Translations under genes and position numbers: made by a program
The notes under the pieces: model-generated
The model's database searches: none
The model's input: the letters and a program-made list of their open reading frames with translations, nothing else
Told to the model about the DNA's origin: nothing
Source: Lachnospiraceae bacterium
Lineage (GTDB): Bacteria > Bacillota > Clostridia > Lachnospirales > Lachnospiraceae
Length of the DNA stretch: 38,161 bases
Direction of reading: 5' to 3'
Assembly (NCBI GenBank): GCA_017425575.1
Contig: JAFPDA010000008.1
Span: 1 to 38,161 of the forward strand
Part shown: positions 8,969 to 19,270 of the stretch, one piece after another
How positions within the stretch are numbered: position 1 is the stretch's first letter
Layout of the letters: each line of letters starts with the position of its first letter

Positions 8969-11383
8969 TTATGACATGATAAGTTCAACTTCGTTATTAT
9001 CTGCAAGGATATCTGCAGGAATATAATTTCCTTCCATTTCCTTTCCATTTACAGTAAGGCTCTTACATCCACTCTCAGCATGTCCCGGATTCTTCACTGT
9101 TATATGAAGATGTTTTCCACGGAAGTCTTTATTGATTTCAAAACCATCCCACTCTTTTGGAATAGAAGGTGAAACTTTAAGACCATAGAAGTCCGGACGC
9201 ATACCCATGATACCTTCAACACATCCAACCATAATGGTTGAAGCTGTTCCTGTAAGCCAGTGTACATGTGAACGGCCGAAATGAGGGCTTGCCTTTCCTT
9301 CTGTGAACTGTCCATAGCAGTATGGCTCAAGTTTTCTTATATCAGCACGGTCATTCTGTGCAGCAGGTGCATTCTCCATAAAGTATGTAAATGCACGGTC
9401 TCCATGTCCGCGAAGTGCCTCTGCAAGAATTATCCATCCCTGAGACTGTGAGAAGATTCCTGAGTTTTCTTTTGTACCTGCATTATAGATAACTGCAAGT
9501 GCTCCATCAAATGCATGGAGATGATATGGAGGATCCATAAGAACTGCACCATACTCTGTATTAAGTCTCTGATAAACCATATCAAGTGCAAGGTCAGCCT
9601 GCTCATCTGTGGCAAGACCACTGATTACAGCCCAGCTCTGTGGGTTAAGCCACATATTTGCTTCCTCATCAGTTCTCTTTCCGATAACCTCGCCCTTCTC
9701 TGTAAAGCCTCTGATAAATCTGTCTTCATTCCAGCATAAATCCTGAATTATATCACCAAGTTTCTTCTGGCTCTCATCAAGATATTTTATATATTCTGCA
9801 TCATTCTTATGCTCTGCGAATTTACGGAGAATGGTCATTGCAAAGTAGAACTGTAATGCCACGAATACAGACTCTCCGTCTTTACCAAGTCTTAAGCAGT
9901 CATTCCAGTCAGCATAAAGACCTGCAGGCATACCATGTATTCCAAGATGATTCATAGAGAAATCAATTGCTCTCTTAAGATGCTCGTATACTGTTCCTTC
10001 ATCTTTATTAGCAAACGGAATAACTTCATCTATAAATGCAAGATTTCCTGTCTCTGAAATATATTTATAAACTGTAGGGAAAAGCCAGAGTGCATCGTCT
10101 GCTCTGTATGCCGGATGTCCTGTCTCTTTTACATAAGAAGCATCGTCAGGAGTATCCTCATGACCTGCATTATGTGTAAATTTTACAAGCGGAAGTCCGC
10201 CGCCATTGTCAACCTGTGCTGAGAGCATAAATTTAATCTTCTCTACTGCCATCTCAGGCGCAAGATGGATAACACCCAGAATATCCTGTACTGTATCACG
10301 GTATCCATAACCATTTCTAAGACCACAATATGTAAATGATGCAGCTCTTGACCAGATAAATGTCATAAAGCAGTTATATGCATTCCATGTATTTATCATT
10401 GTGTCAAACTCAGTGCTTGGAGTTTTTACCTGGAAGTGAGAAAGTTTCTCATGCCAGTAAGAGATAAGCTCTTCTAACTCTTTGGCAGTCTGGGCACTTA
10501 CATCTGTATATTTGTTCATTATACTTACAGCTTCGTCATTTTCTTTCATTCCAAGTATGAAAGCAATCTCTTTTGTCTCGCCTGGTGCGAGAGTTATAAT
10601 TGTAGAAAGTGCTCCACATCCGTTCTGGTTGTAGTTAAGCTCTCCGCCTAAATCACCTGAAACAACACCTGCAGGATTTCCATATCCATTGTATCTTCCA
10701 AGGAAGCTTTCCTTATCTCCACAGTATGAAGAAACTGCATTTCCCACAAGACCAAATACTCTCTCCGTAGCTGTCTTCTCATCTACCATCTCGCCTTCTT
10801 TAAGTCCATCGAGATTGCCATGAACTATATGACGGATTCTGTTGTCAGTGAAAACTGTTCTTGTAATAAACTGTGAATACTGAAGATTCACCTGATCCTG
10901 CTCATAATTACAGTTATTTGTAAACTCAGCGTAACCTGTTACTGTAAGACTTCTCTCTTCACTTGAATTGTTTGTAAGCTTTAAGTTCCATACTTCATAT
11001 GACTGGTCAAGTGGCACATAATAAAGTGCTTCTGAGTGAATATCACTGTAGTCAGCAAGCATTCTTGTGTAAGCTGTTCCGTGATGGCACTCGCTCTTGT
11101 AATACTCAAGGTCTTTTCCTACAGGCTGCCATGATGCAGACCAGAAATCCTTGCTTGCATTATCTCTTATATATATGTAACGGCCCGGCTGGTCAAAATT
11201 ATTGAATACATATCTTATGATTCTTCCGTTTGCACCTGATTTTGCAAAGCTGTATCCACCGGCATTGTTTGAAATAAGTGCACCATATTCAGGTGAACCA
11301 AGATAATTTGCCCATGGAGCCGGTGTATCAGGTCTTGTTATAACATATTCTCTTTTTTCATTATCAAAATAACCGTAATTCAT
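8969..11383 (-). CDS. GH94 glycoside phosphorylase, cellodextrin-phosphorylase-like
   Basis: YGYFDNEKREYVITRPDTPAPWANYLG, GYGYRDTVQD, ADWNDCL (catalytic Asp), KENSGIFSQ, WLTGTAS. The segments NYEQDQVNLQYS and WSRAASF-YCGLRNG recall clostridial cellodextrin phosphorylases more than chitobiose phosphorylase. Family is certain, substrate less so. Confidence 0.85.
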   Translation of the reverse strand: MNYGYFDNEKREYVITRPDTPAPWANYLGSPEYGALISNNAGGYSFAKSGANGRIIRYVFNNFDQPGRYIYIRDNASKDFWSASWQPVGKDLEYYKSECHHGTAYTRMLADYSDIHSEALYYVPLDQSYEVWNLKLTNNSSEERSLTVTGYAEFTNNCNYEQDQVNLQYSQFITRTVFTDNRIRHIVHGNLDGLKEGEMVDEKTATERVFGLVGNAVSSYCGDKESFLGRYNGYGNPAGVVSGDLGGELNYNQNGCGALSTIITLAPGETKEIAFILGMKENDEAVSIMNKYTDVSAQTAKELEELISYWHEKLSHFQVKTPSTEFDTMINTWNAYNCFMTFIWSRAASFTYCGLRNGYGYRDTVQDILGVIHLAPEMAVEKIKFMLSAQVDNGGGLPLVKFTHNAGHEDTPDDASYVKETGHPAYRADDALWLFPTVYKYISETGNLAFIDEVIPFANKDEGTVYEHLKRAIDFSMNHLGIHGMPAGLYADWNDCLRLGKDGESVFVALQFYFAMTILRKFAEHKNDAEYIKYLDESQKKLGDIIQDLCWNEDRFIRGFTEKGEVIGKRTDEEANMWLNPQSWAVISGLATDEQADLALDMVYQRLNTEYGAVLMDPPYHLHAFDGALAVIYNAGTKENSGIFSQSQGWIILAEALRGHGDRAFTYFMENAPAAQNDRADIRKLEPYCYGQFTEGKASPHFGRSHVHWLTGTASTIMVGCVEGIMGMRPDFYGLKVSPSIPKEWDGFEINKDFRGKHLHITVKNPGHAESGCKSLTVNGKEMEGNYIPADILADNNEVELIMS

Positions 11384-11487
11384 TTGCTTATCCCCTTTAC
11401 TTTTTTAGTCAGCTTAATATTTCATAGTCTAATCATCAGTGCATAGCCTGACAGAAAGCTTCAAACCTGCATCTGTATAGTAACTAT

Positions 11488-11546
11488 ATTATACTTTCAA
11501 TTTTATCTTTTATACCGAATTGATTGCAAAAATATCATATTCATGT
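11488..11546 (-). promoter_or_regulatory. GH94 promoter (-10 TATAAT) with upstream ATATCATATTCATGT box
   Basis: Minus-strand TATAAT at 11488-11493 with a poor -35; the 15-mer at 11532-11546 is identical to 14791-14805. Confidence 0.55.
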
Positions 11547-11600
11547 CATAATAATCACATATATTATATAAAAATGAAAATAATGTGAAAGAGGATTATT

Positions 11601-12338
11601 ATGATTAAAAATGAATGGTATAAAAGGGAGCTTCAGGATTCCGAAGAAGCTGTCTTCCATCGCCCTATCGAAGACGAATATTCATTTTATGAAGCAGTCA
11701 AATCCGGTGATATGGATTATGTCCAAAATAACTGTGATTCTGGTATGTTCCTTAATCCTGATGGAGTAGGACTTCTCTCACACAATGCCCTCACCAACAT
11801 AAAATATCACTTTGTAGTAGCCACTGCCATGATAACAAGATACTGCATAGAGGGTGGCATGGAAACCGAGCAGGCTTACCGTTTAAGCGATTTTTATATT
11901 CTAAAGATGGATTCTTTGTCCACTTTGGAAGATATAGCCGCCCTGCACGATACAATGTCAAAAGATTTTACCGGAAAAATGCTTCTTCTAAGAAAAAGTT
12001 CTATCATATCAAAATCTGTACTCATGTGCACAGACTATATATACAACCATTTGAATGAACGCATAACCATTGCAGATCTGGCATCCTTAACAAAACTTTC
12101 TCCAAGCTATATATCAAGATTATTTAAACAGAATCTCGGTATATCAATAAGTGACTATATCCGCGAGAAAAAGATAGAAAAAGCCCAAAATCTTCTGAGA
12201 TATTCTGACATAAGCTATATTGACATATCAAACTATCTTGCTTTCTCATCACAAAGTCATTTTATTCAGATTTTTGAAAAACTTGTTGGTATGACACCAA
12301 AAAAATACCAGGACACTTACTATCATGCAACCTGGTAA
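11601..12338 (+). CDS. AraC family transcriptional regulator, divergent from the GH94 gene
   Basis: C-terminal LSPSYISRLFK...FSSQSHFIQIFEKLVGMTPKKY; helical N-domain ITRYCIEGG...AYRLSDFYI. Confidence 0.92.
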   Translation: MIKNEWYKRELQDSEEAVFHRPIEDEYSFYEAVKSGDMDYVQNNCDSGMFLNPDGVGLLSHNALTNIKYHFVVATAMITRYCIEGGMETEQAYRLSDFYILKMDSLSTLEDIAALHDTMSKDFTGKMLLLRKSSIISKSVLMCTDYIYNHLNERITIADLASLTKLSPSYISRLFKQNLGISISDYIREKKIEKAQNLLRYSDISYIDISNYLAFSSQSHFIQIFEKLVGMTPKKYQDTYYHATW

Positions 12339-12341
12339 TAT

Positions 12342-12369
12342 AAGCCCACGGTTTTACCCGAGGGCTTTT
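12342..12369. terminator. Terminator between convergent genes
   Basis: AAGCCCACGG-ttttac-CCGAGGGCTT followed by T-tract. Confidence 0.7.
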
Positions 12370-12393
12370 ACTTTTATCTAAAACCTGAAAATT

Positions 12394-14703
12394 TTACTTT
12401 TTTATAAGCGTTGCTGTTATCTTATGATTCTGTCCCTGAAGTTTGTCTATTATATCTCTCTTAAGAACAGCTTTTCCATCAACTATCTCAAGATATACAT
12501 TATCAACTACAGCCTTGCCAACTTCGTACTCACCATACTCAAGTCTGCTTTCATTTTCATACTCTATCTCAAATGTATGTCCTGCAAATATCATCTCAAG
12601 TTTCGCTTTATCTTCTGCATCAAACTGCTCTAAAACAAGCTTTGGTTCAAGCACAAGGTTTCCCGTCTGACCTTTAACACCAAATACCTCTGTTATCATT
12701 GCGAGCATGTACCAGCTTGCTGCACCTGTAAGATATGTGTACATTCCACGTCCGTCTATATCAAAATACTCAGGAATTCCAGGATACATTTTGCTTGTGT
12801 CAAAGTCCATTGCACTGTCAGCAAGGGCCTGTAATGCCTTATGGCCTTCTTTTACAAAACCTCTCTGGTAAAGTGCTGTTGCATACATAACTGTCATATG
12901 TGAGAATACTGCTCCGTTCTCTTTCTCACCGTATGCAAATCCAAACATTCTTCCCAAATCAAACTTCTCTTCACCAAAGTCTGTATTAAGTCTGTAACCG
13001 CCGGCTTTTGCAAGTTCAACTGTAGTCTCGCCTGTCTTTTCGCTGTACATTCTTATATATTCTGCAATATCAGCAAAGTTTCCTGAGTATGCTGCTGTAA
13101 ATGCAACACTCTCTCCTCTTTCATCCGCCATATCAAGAGCATCATTCCAGTCTGCACCTCTGAGTCTCATATGGTTATGCTCTCCTACATCATAAAATGC
13201 ACAGAGATTCTGAATAAGAAGGTGCTCAAGAACTGTTCCGTTGTAGACATCTCCACTTTCACATTTCTGAGTTACACCATATCCCTCTGACCACATCTCG
13301 TCAGTAGCTGTTCCTCTCTCTACCTGCTTGTCCTTGAAATATGTTGTCTTTTCTGCCAAAAGCTCGATATCACCTGTCTGGTCAATGTAAAGTTTTGTTG
13401 TAAGGAATGGCCAGAAGCCATGATCCATCCATACTCTTGTGATATTATTTCTGTCTGCAACAAACTCACCCGGCTTCTCACCGATAATAGTAGCATTTGT
13501 TCCATCAAATCTTACACCACCGTAGTTATCCATTATCATCTTTCTTACACCTGATGGATTCATAAGTAAAAGTGCAAGACAATCCTGCCAAAGGTCTCTC
13601 CATCCTCTGCCGCCCTTTCCATAATCATGATATGGAAGGAAGGAACATCCGTAAATTCTTCTGAGAATTGGCTGGAAACATACCCATTTCATAAACATAT
13701 CAAAATCTTCGCTTCCAGTCTGGAAAGAAACATTAACTTTCTCTGTCCAGTATGCCTTGACAGCCTCATAACTCTTCTCTACTTTTTCACTGTCAGCATA
13801 TAAGTTTATAACTTCGTCAATCTCGTTCTCTCTGTCTGATACACCACATAATACTGTAAAGCTTCTGCTCTCTCCTGCCTCAAGTACAACATCTTCAAAT
13901 ACAATTCCACCAAGAGCTTCTTTACCCTGAATATATGCACCTGAACCTACCGGCTCTTTTCCTTCCCTGACTGCTTCCGGCTGTAAAAATGTTCCGCCCT
14001 CACCAATAAAGTCACTTACAACAGGATAGAAGCCAACTGGTGCTTTTCCTTCTCCAGTCATTCCACATACATAGTAAGTCATATCATTTTTCTGATGACC
14101 TCTCTCATCGAAGGATAAAACGGGTTTAACCTTTATACCATTCTGAAATGTACTTATGCGGTGAAGAAGAGATGTTACATGTCTGTGGTCCCTTAAATTG
14201 TCCGCACTTCTTCCATATACAGGGATAGCAGCCACAGGTGTTACCTTATGCGCCTTGTCATCATTATTCGTGATAGTAACATATGTAATCTCCGTATTAT
14301 GCTCGACTGAAACAAATGAAGTTACCACTGAAGAAATCTTGTATATATCAGATTTTCTTGAAACTTTATGCCACATAAATCCGGCTTCAAGTTTATTACT
14401 GTCCTGTCCTTCAGTAAATTTTCTGTATTCCTGTTCAGCAGACACACCGGTTGCAGACCATACAGCTTTGTCATCTATTCTGCACCAAAAATTTCTTGTT
14501 GAACGGTTATTATGTAAATTTTCTGAACTTTCAGGCTCAAGTAAAAATGTGTTCTGATTTATCTTGCTGTCTCCCCCAAGATTAGGAGTAATGCTGCTCT
14601 TTAAGCCATTATCTCCTGCTATTGGAAAATATAAATAGCTGTAATTTTCAGCATTCTCAAGTACAAAACTTCCATTATCATCTGTAAATGCAATCTTACC
14701 CAT
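12394..14703 (-). CDS. GH94 laminaribiose-phosphorylase-like protein, with an apparent internal in-frame deletion
   Basis: SYLYFP, GRSADNLRDHRHVTSLLHRI, YHDYGKGGRGWRDLWQD, RVWMDHG, GADWND and MYTYLTGAASW match my recollection of Paenibacillus laminaribiose phosphorylase. 769 aa from ATG 14703 (GGGAG RBS) versus ~900 aa expected. Confidence 0.82.
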   Translation of the reverse strand: MGKIAFTDDNGSFVLENAENYSYLYFPIAGDNGLKSSITPNLGGDSKINQNTFLLEPESSENLHNNRSTRNFWCRIDDKAVWSATGVSAEQEYRKFTEGQDSNKLEAGFMWHKVSRKSDIYKISSVVTSFVSVEHNTEITYVTITNNDDKAHKVTPVAAIPVYGRSADNLRDHRHVTSLLHRISTFQNGIKVKPVLSFDERGHQKNDMTYYVCGMTGEGKAPVGFYPVVSDFIGEGGTFLQPEAVREGKEPVGSGAYIQGKEALGGIVFEDVVLEAGESRSFTVLCGVSDRENEIDEVINLYADSEKVEKSYEAVKAYWTEKVNVSFQTGSEDFDMFMKWVCFQPILRRIYGCSFLPYHDYGKGGRGWRDLWQDCLALLLMNPSGVRKMIMDNYGGVRFDGTNATIIGEKPGEFVADRNNITRVWMDHGFWPFLTTKLYIDQTGDIELLAEKTTYFKDKQVERGTATDEMWSEGYGVTQKCESGDVYNGTVLEHLLIQNLCAFYDVGEHNHMRLRGADWNDALDMADERGESVAFTAAYSGNFADIAEYIRMYSEKTGETTVELAKAGGYRLNTDFGEEKFDLGRMFGFAYGEKENGAVFSHMTVMYATALYQRGFVKEGHKALQALADSAMDFDTSKMYPGIPEYFDIDGRGMYTYLTGAASWYMLAMITEVFGVKGQTGNLVLEPKLVLEQFDAEDKAKLEMIFAGHTFEIEYENESRLEYGEYEVGKAVVDNVYLEIVDGKAVLKRDIIDKLQGQNHKITATLIKK

Positions 14704-14807
14704 TATATGTTCTCCCTTCTCTGTGCGTTCTGTAGTGTACATTACTTATATCATGTACATGTACAAAAATATATTAATACTATCTTATTTATATCATATT
14801 CATGTAC

Positions 14808-14841
14808 AAAAAAAGGATACCTCATATGAGATATCCTTTTT
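14808..14841. terminator. Terminator after the LacI gene
   Basis: AAAAAGGATA-C-CTCA/TGAG-A-TATCCTTTTT hairpin with A/T tracts on both sides. Confidence 0.7.
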
Positions 14842-14850
14842 TACATTATA

Positions 14851-15879
14851 CTATATCCTGTCTGTTGACTTTCTCTTCAAAAGCTCGCCCTTAAACAGCA
14901 TACTGTCTATACTTTTGTTTGTCTCCATCATTGTAAAGATAGCTTCCACCGATGCCTCTGCCATCTCATCAAGCGGCTGTTTTATGGTAGTTATCGACGG
15001 CTCATAATAATATGACTGGCTCATTCCGTCAAAGCCTGCCACCGAGCAGTCTTGTGGTATCTTCTTACCCCTTTCAAACAAAGCCTTGGATGCACCTATG
15101 GCAACCATATCCGAAACACATACTATCGCCGTAAACTTTTTTCCACTGCCCATAAGCTGTTTTGCCATCTCGTATCCTGTCTTCATAGAATATGGTTCAA
15201 ACTTTTCATCCATATAAAATACCATATCCTTATCAAATGTAAGACCATGCTTTTCCAGCGAATCACAGTATCCCTGCACACGAAGCTTACCAACTGCTTC
15301 ATCGTCCGCCATCGCTGCAAGAAATGCTATATCTTTATGACCAAGCTCACACAGATAATCAACTATCTTTTCACTTTCCTTTCTGTCATCTACCGAGATG
15401 CAGGTTCCAACGCTTCCGTCTGGAATTTTAATTCCACCAACAGTACTGAGAACATATGGAACTGAAAGCATTTTTAATTTCTCTTCATTATTAAGAAAAC
15501 GTCCCCCAAGAAACACAATACCTTTTAATTTTTTCTCTTTTTCAAGCTGTAATGCAACTGAAATTTCATCTTGCTGCTCATCTACATGCTGTAGAAAGAA
15601 ATTATAACCTCTCCCATGAATATTCTTTTCAAATACTCTTATCATCTTTGAGAAAAATGGGTTATCTACAGCTTTAACCAATATAGCTATGGTTTTTGTA
15701 TCTGTGCGTTTAAGATTACGTGCACTATTATTTGGCACATAGTTATATTCTTTTATAACATCCATAATTTTCTGCTTTGTCTCCGCATTGATGTCTGGAT
15801 GGTTATTTATAGCTCTCGATACAGTTGTCACACCAACATCGCATATTTTGGCTATATCTTTAATTGTAATTGATGACAT
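14851..15879 (-). CDS. LacI family repressor (MalR-like by context)
   Basis: TIKDIAKICDVGVTTVSRAIN HTH, YVPNNSARNL hinge, SVAGFDG, PSITTIKQP. Confidence 0.93.
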   Translation of the reverse strand: MSSITIKDIAKICDVGVTTVSRAINNHPDINAETKQKIMDVIKEYNYVPNNSARNLKRTDTKTIAILVKAVDNPFFSKMIRVFEKNIHGRGYNFFLQHVDEQQDEISVALQLEKEKKLKGIVFLGGRFLNNEEKLKMLSVPYVLSTVGGIKIPDGSVGTCISVDDRKESEKIVDYLCELGHKDIAFLAAMADDEAVGKLRVQGYCDSLEKHGLTFDKDMVFYMDEKFEPYSMKTGYEMAKQLMGSGKKFTAIVCVSDMVAIGASKALFERGKKIPQDCSVAGFDGMSQSYYYEPSITTIKQPLDEMAEASVEAIFTMMETNKSIDSMLFKGELLKRKSTDRI

Positions 15880-15963
15880 TTCAGAATCCTCACTACTAAA
15901 TATTTTTACAATAGTAAAGCCACTTACAAAGCATTACAATTCCTTATACACTTTGTGGCAAAA

Positions 15964-17457
15964 CTATGACTCTTTTTGAAGTCTACTACTAATTATAGTC
16001 AATTTCTTAATTTTTTCAACTAATTCATCATTAATTTCATCTTCAAGCATTCTCCAGTGCCAGTTATTACCTATAGTAGAAGGAGTATTTATTCTTGCCT
16101 CATTTCCAAGTCCGAGATAATCCTGAATCGGAATAATACATGTATCAGCAACACTGAGCATCGCAAGTCTTATAAAATCCCAGTGTATCTCACTAAGAGG
16201 AGTAGATTTGTTATTCATATACTCAATAGACTTTGCCTTATCGTCTTTATTCATATTCTCATACCAGCCTCGTACTGTCTCATTGTCATGAGTTCCGGTA
16301 TATACAACACAGTTTTTGTCATATGTGTGTGGAAGATAATCACTATCCTCTCTTGAGTCAAAGGCAAATTCAATTACTTTCATACCAGGAAATCCACTGT
16401 CTTCTACTAATTTCTTAACGGTATCAGTAAGGAATCCCAAATCCTCAGCTATAACATGAAGTTTTCCTAATTTTTTCTCTATACTTTTGAATAAATCCAT
16501 TCCAGGACCATCTTTCCACTCACCAAACTCGGCGGTTGGATCACCATATGGTATAGAATAATACTGATCAAAAGCACGGAAATGGTCTATTCTTATAACA
16601 TCATAAAGTTCTACGCATCTCTCAATACGCTTTATCCACCACTCATATCCTGTCTTTTTATTGTAATCCCAGTCATATAAAGGATTTCCCCAAAGCTGAC
16701 CGGTTTCCGAAAATGCATCCGGAGGACAGCCTGCTACCGCTTTTGGCTGTCCATCCTTATCAAACTGGAAAAGTCCCTTATCGCTCCAGACATCCGAACT
16801 GTCAAGAGCTACATAAATAGGAATATCTCCTATTATCTGTATATTTTTATCATTAGCATATTTTTTAAGTTCTCTCCACTGTTTTTCAAACACAAACTGG
16901 AGATATTTATGGAACATTATATCCTCAGAAAGTTCTTCTTTGCACTTATCAATCGCTTTTTTCTGTCTGTCCTGAAGTTCCTGTGGCCATTCAATCCAGC
17001 TAACATCATCATATTTCTTTTTAATAGCCATGAAGAGTGCAAAGTCCTCAAGCCAGAATGCGTTTTTCTTTTCAAAACGCTTAAACTCTTTATCAGACTC
17101 AATGTTGCTTCTCTCAAATGCAAGGCGGAGAATGTCATAACGAGAATTATAAATCTTGCTGTAATCTATATATCTGTCATTGTCTCCAAAATCTTTTGCA
17201 TCACACTCTTCCTCTGTCAGCAGTCCTTCCTCAATAAGCTTGCAAAGGTCTATCATATATGGATTTCCTGCATATGTTGAAAATGACTGATAAGGTGAAT
17301 CACCGTAACTTGTCATACCAAGAGGAAGAATCTGCCAGTATGTCTGACCTGCCTCTTCAAGAAAATCAACAAAATCATATGCGCTTTTAGAAAAACATCC
17401 AATGCCATACTTAGATGGTAAGCTGGTAACCGGCATCAAAATTCCACTTGCTCTCAT
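15964..17457 (-). CDS. malQ: 4-alpha-glucanotransferase (amylomaltase, GH77)
   Basis: WQILPL, GDSPYQS, GQLWGNPLY, RIDHFR, IAEDLG, TGTHDN; start ATG at 17457 with GGAG RBS. Confidence 0.96.
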   Translation of the reverse strand: MRASGILMPVTSLPSKYGIGCFSKSAYDFVDFLEEAGQTYWQILPLGMTSYGDSPYQSFSTYAGNPYMIDLCKLIEEGLLTEEECDAKDFGDNDRYIDYSKIYNSRYDILRLAFERSNIESDKEFKRFEKKNAFWLEDFALFMAIKKKYDDVSWIEWPQELQDRQKKAIDKCKEELSEDIMFHKYLQFVFEKQWRELKKYANDKNIQIIGDIPIYVALDSSDVWSDKGLFQFDKDGQPKAVAGCPPDAFSETGQLWGNPLYDWDYNKKTGYEWWIKRIERCVELYDVIRIDHFRAFDQYYSIPYGDPTAEFGEWKDGPGMDLFKSIEKKLGKLHVIAEDLGFLTDTVKKLVEDSGFPGMKVIEFAFDSREDSDYLPHTYDKNCVVYTGTHDNETVRGWYENMNKDDKAKSIEYMNNKSTPLSEIHWDFIRLAMLSVADTCIIPIQDYLGLGNEARINTPSTIGNNWHWRMLEDEINDELVEKIKKLTIISSRLQKES

Positions 17458-17490
17458 AACTCTTTTCTCCAATCATATAATTATTATATT

Positions 17491-18330
17491 TTAACCCTTT
17501 ACTGCACCGGCAACAACACCTTCAATGATATGTTTCTGACATGTAAAGTAGAATACAACAATAGGAATAATTGCAAGGACAAGAAGTGCCATAAGCGCAC
17601 CATAATCTTTTGAACCATAAGAGCCCATCAGATACTGTACTACTACCGGAACTGTCTTATACTTTGTAGACACTCCTATTACAAGATATGGAAGAAGATA
17701 ATCATTCCATACCCACATTGCATTAAGAATTGCAACTGTTATTGCTGTAGGTTTTAAGATAGGAAATACTATCTTAAAATAAGTCTGAATAGGTGTACAT
17801 CCATCTATCATCGCTGCCTCTTCAATCTCAAGAGGAATAGCCTTTACAAAGCCACAGAACATAAATACTGAAAGCCCTGCTCCAAATCCCAGATAAAGCA
17901 CAACCATACCAATAGGACTATTCAAATGAAGTATATCAGCAAGTTTAGACATAGTAAACATAATCATCTGAAAAGGTACAATCATAGAAAATACAAACAT
18001 AAAATATAATGCTGTCGTAAACTTAGCTTTAACACGAACGATATACCATGCTGTCATAGAAGTAAATACAACTATGGCAAGTACTGAAAATACTGTTATA
18101 AATGCTGAATATCCAACTGCGTGGAAGAAATCAGTTTTTTCTATACCAGTAACATAGTTTGCTGTTCCGGCAAACATCTCTCCCTTAGGAAGGGCAAAAG
18201 GCTGATCACTTATAAAAAGCTTACCCTTAAAAGAGTTCATTACAACAAATATTATTGGTGTTATAAAAAGTATAACAAGGGCAATAAGAGCTATATATGT
18301 AAGCACTTTTGATACTTTATTGTTTTTCAT
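17491..18330 (-). CDS. Carbohydrate ABC transporter permease (MalG-like)
   Basis: EEAAMIDG EAA motif, WNDYL, six TM helices. Confidence 0.93.
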   Translation of the reverse strand: MKNNKVSKVLTYIALIALVILFITPIIFVVMNSFKGKLFISDQPFALPKGEMFAGTANYVTGIEKTDFFHAVGYSAFITVFSVLAIVVFTSMTAWYIVRVKAKFTTALYFMFVFSMIVPFQMIMFTMSKLADILHLNSPIGMVVLYLGFGAGLSVFMFCGFVKAIPLEIEEAAMIDGCTPIQTYFKIVFPILKPTAITVAILNAMWVWNDYLLPYLVIGVSTKYKTVPVVVQYLMGSYGSKDYGALMALLVLAIIPIVVFYFTCQKHIIEGVVAGAVKG

Positions 18331-19172
18331 TAGCTTTCAACCTCCTTACGTCTTGATATTGCAACCTGTGAAATACCTATAATTGCAACTATTATAAAGA
18401 ATATAACCGCCTTAGCCTGACCAACACCTTCAAATCCAACCTTTCCATAGAAAGTATTGTAGATATCAAGTGCGAGCATGGCTGTCTTATTTGAAGGACC
18501 GCCGGCTGTCAGTGCAAGGTTCTGATCAAACATCTTGAAAGAGTTTGTTATTGTCAGGAATAAACAGATTGTTATTGAAGGCATAACCATTGGAATTTTG
18601 ATTTTAATAAGAGTCTGTAACTCTGTGGCTCCATCAATTCTTGCTGCCTCAAGTAAATCTGGTGAAACATTCTGAAGACCTGCTATATAAATTATCATTA
18701 TATAACCTATCATCTGCCAGTTCATAAGGATTACCATACCCCAGAAACCATATTTAGGATCCATAAGCATAGTAACTTTATAGTGTGCAAGCACACCATT
18801 TATCATAGACTGCCATATATAACCTAATACGATACCACCGATTAAGTTAGGCATAAAAAATACTGTTCTGAAAAAGTTGGTTCCTTTAAGACCTTTTGTA
18901 AGTAAAAGTGCCATAATAAAACCAAAAAAGTTAATAGTAACTACTGCTATAAGTGCAAATTTCACTGTGAACCATAATGCGTTCAAAAATTCTTTATCCG
19001 AAAATGTATTCATGTAATTAGAAAGACCTACAAACTTTGAATTTGTAACTGTTGTAAAGTCACAAAATGATAAATAAAGTCCCATTATAAATGGGATTAC
19101 AAATGCTATAAGAAATGCTATCAAAGTTGGCAATACAAATATCGGAAAATATCTTTTAATATTTTTTTCCAT
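18330..19172 (-). CDS. Carbohydrate ABC transporter permease (MalF-like)
   Basis: FVGLSNY and LEAARIDGA EAA motif. Confidence 0.93.
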   Translation of the reverse strand: MEKNIKRYFPIFVLPTLIAFLIAFVIPFIMGLYLSFCDFTTVTNSKFVGLSNYMNTFSDKEFLNALWFTVKFALIAVVTINFFGFIMALLLTKGLKGTNFFRTVFFMPNLIGGIVLGYIWQSMINGVLAHYKVTMLMDPKYGFWGMVILMNWQMIGYIMIIYIAGLQNVSPDLLEAARIDGATELQTLIKIKIPMVMPSITICLFLTITNSFKMFDQNLALTAGGPSNKTAMLALDIYNTFYGKVGFEGVGQAKAVIFFIIVAIIGISQVAISRRKEVES

Positions 19173-19191
19173 GACTTCTCCTCATAATATA

Positions 19192-19229
19192 CTCCGGCTC
19201 CAGAAATTTCACACTGTAAGGAGCCGGAG
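19192..19229 (-). terminator. Intercistronic stem-loop after the solute-binding protein gene
   Basis: CTCCGGCTCC/GGAGCCGGAG 10-bp stem without a strong minus-strand U-tract; typical position for an SBP mRNA stabiliser. Confidence 0.6.
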
Positions 19230-19270
19230 ATTTTTAATAGTAACGGGATATTTATAATTTAAGGGGGCTA

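Noticed and set aside
8969-11383. Calling this gene chitobiose phosphorylase (chbP)
   Set aside because: The N-terminal similarity is family-wide, internal motifs recall cellodextrin phosphorylases, and no GlcNAc genes are nearby; no symbol assigned
11420-11439. CTGATGA...GAAA hammerhead-like core in the GH94 leader (minus strand)
   Set aside because: The 9 nt in between cannot form a proper stem II, and no stems I/III were found
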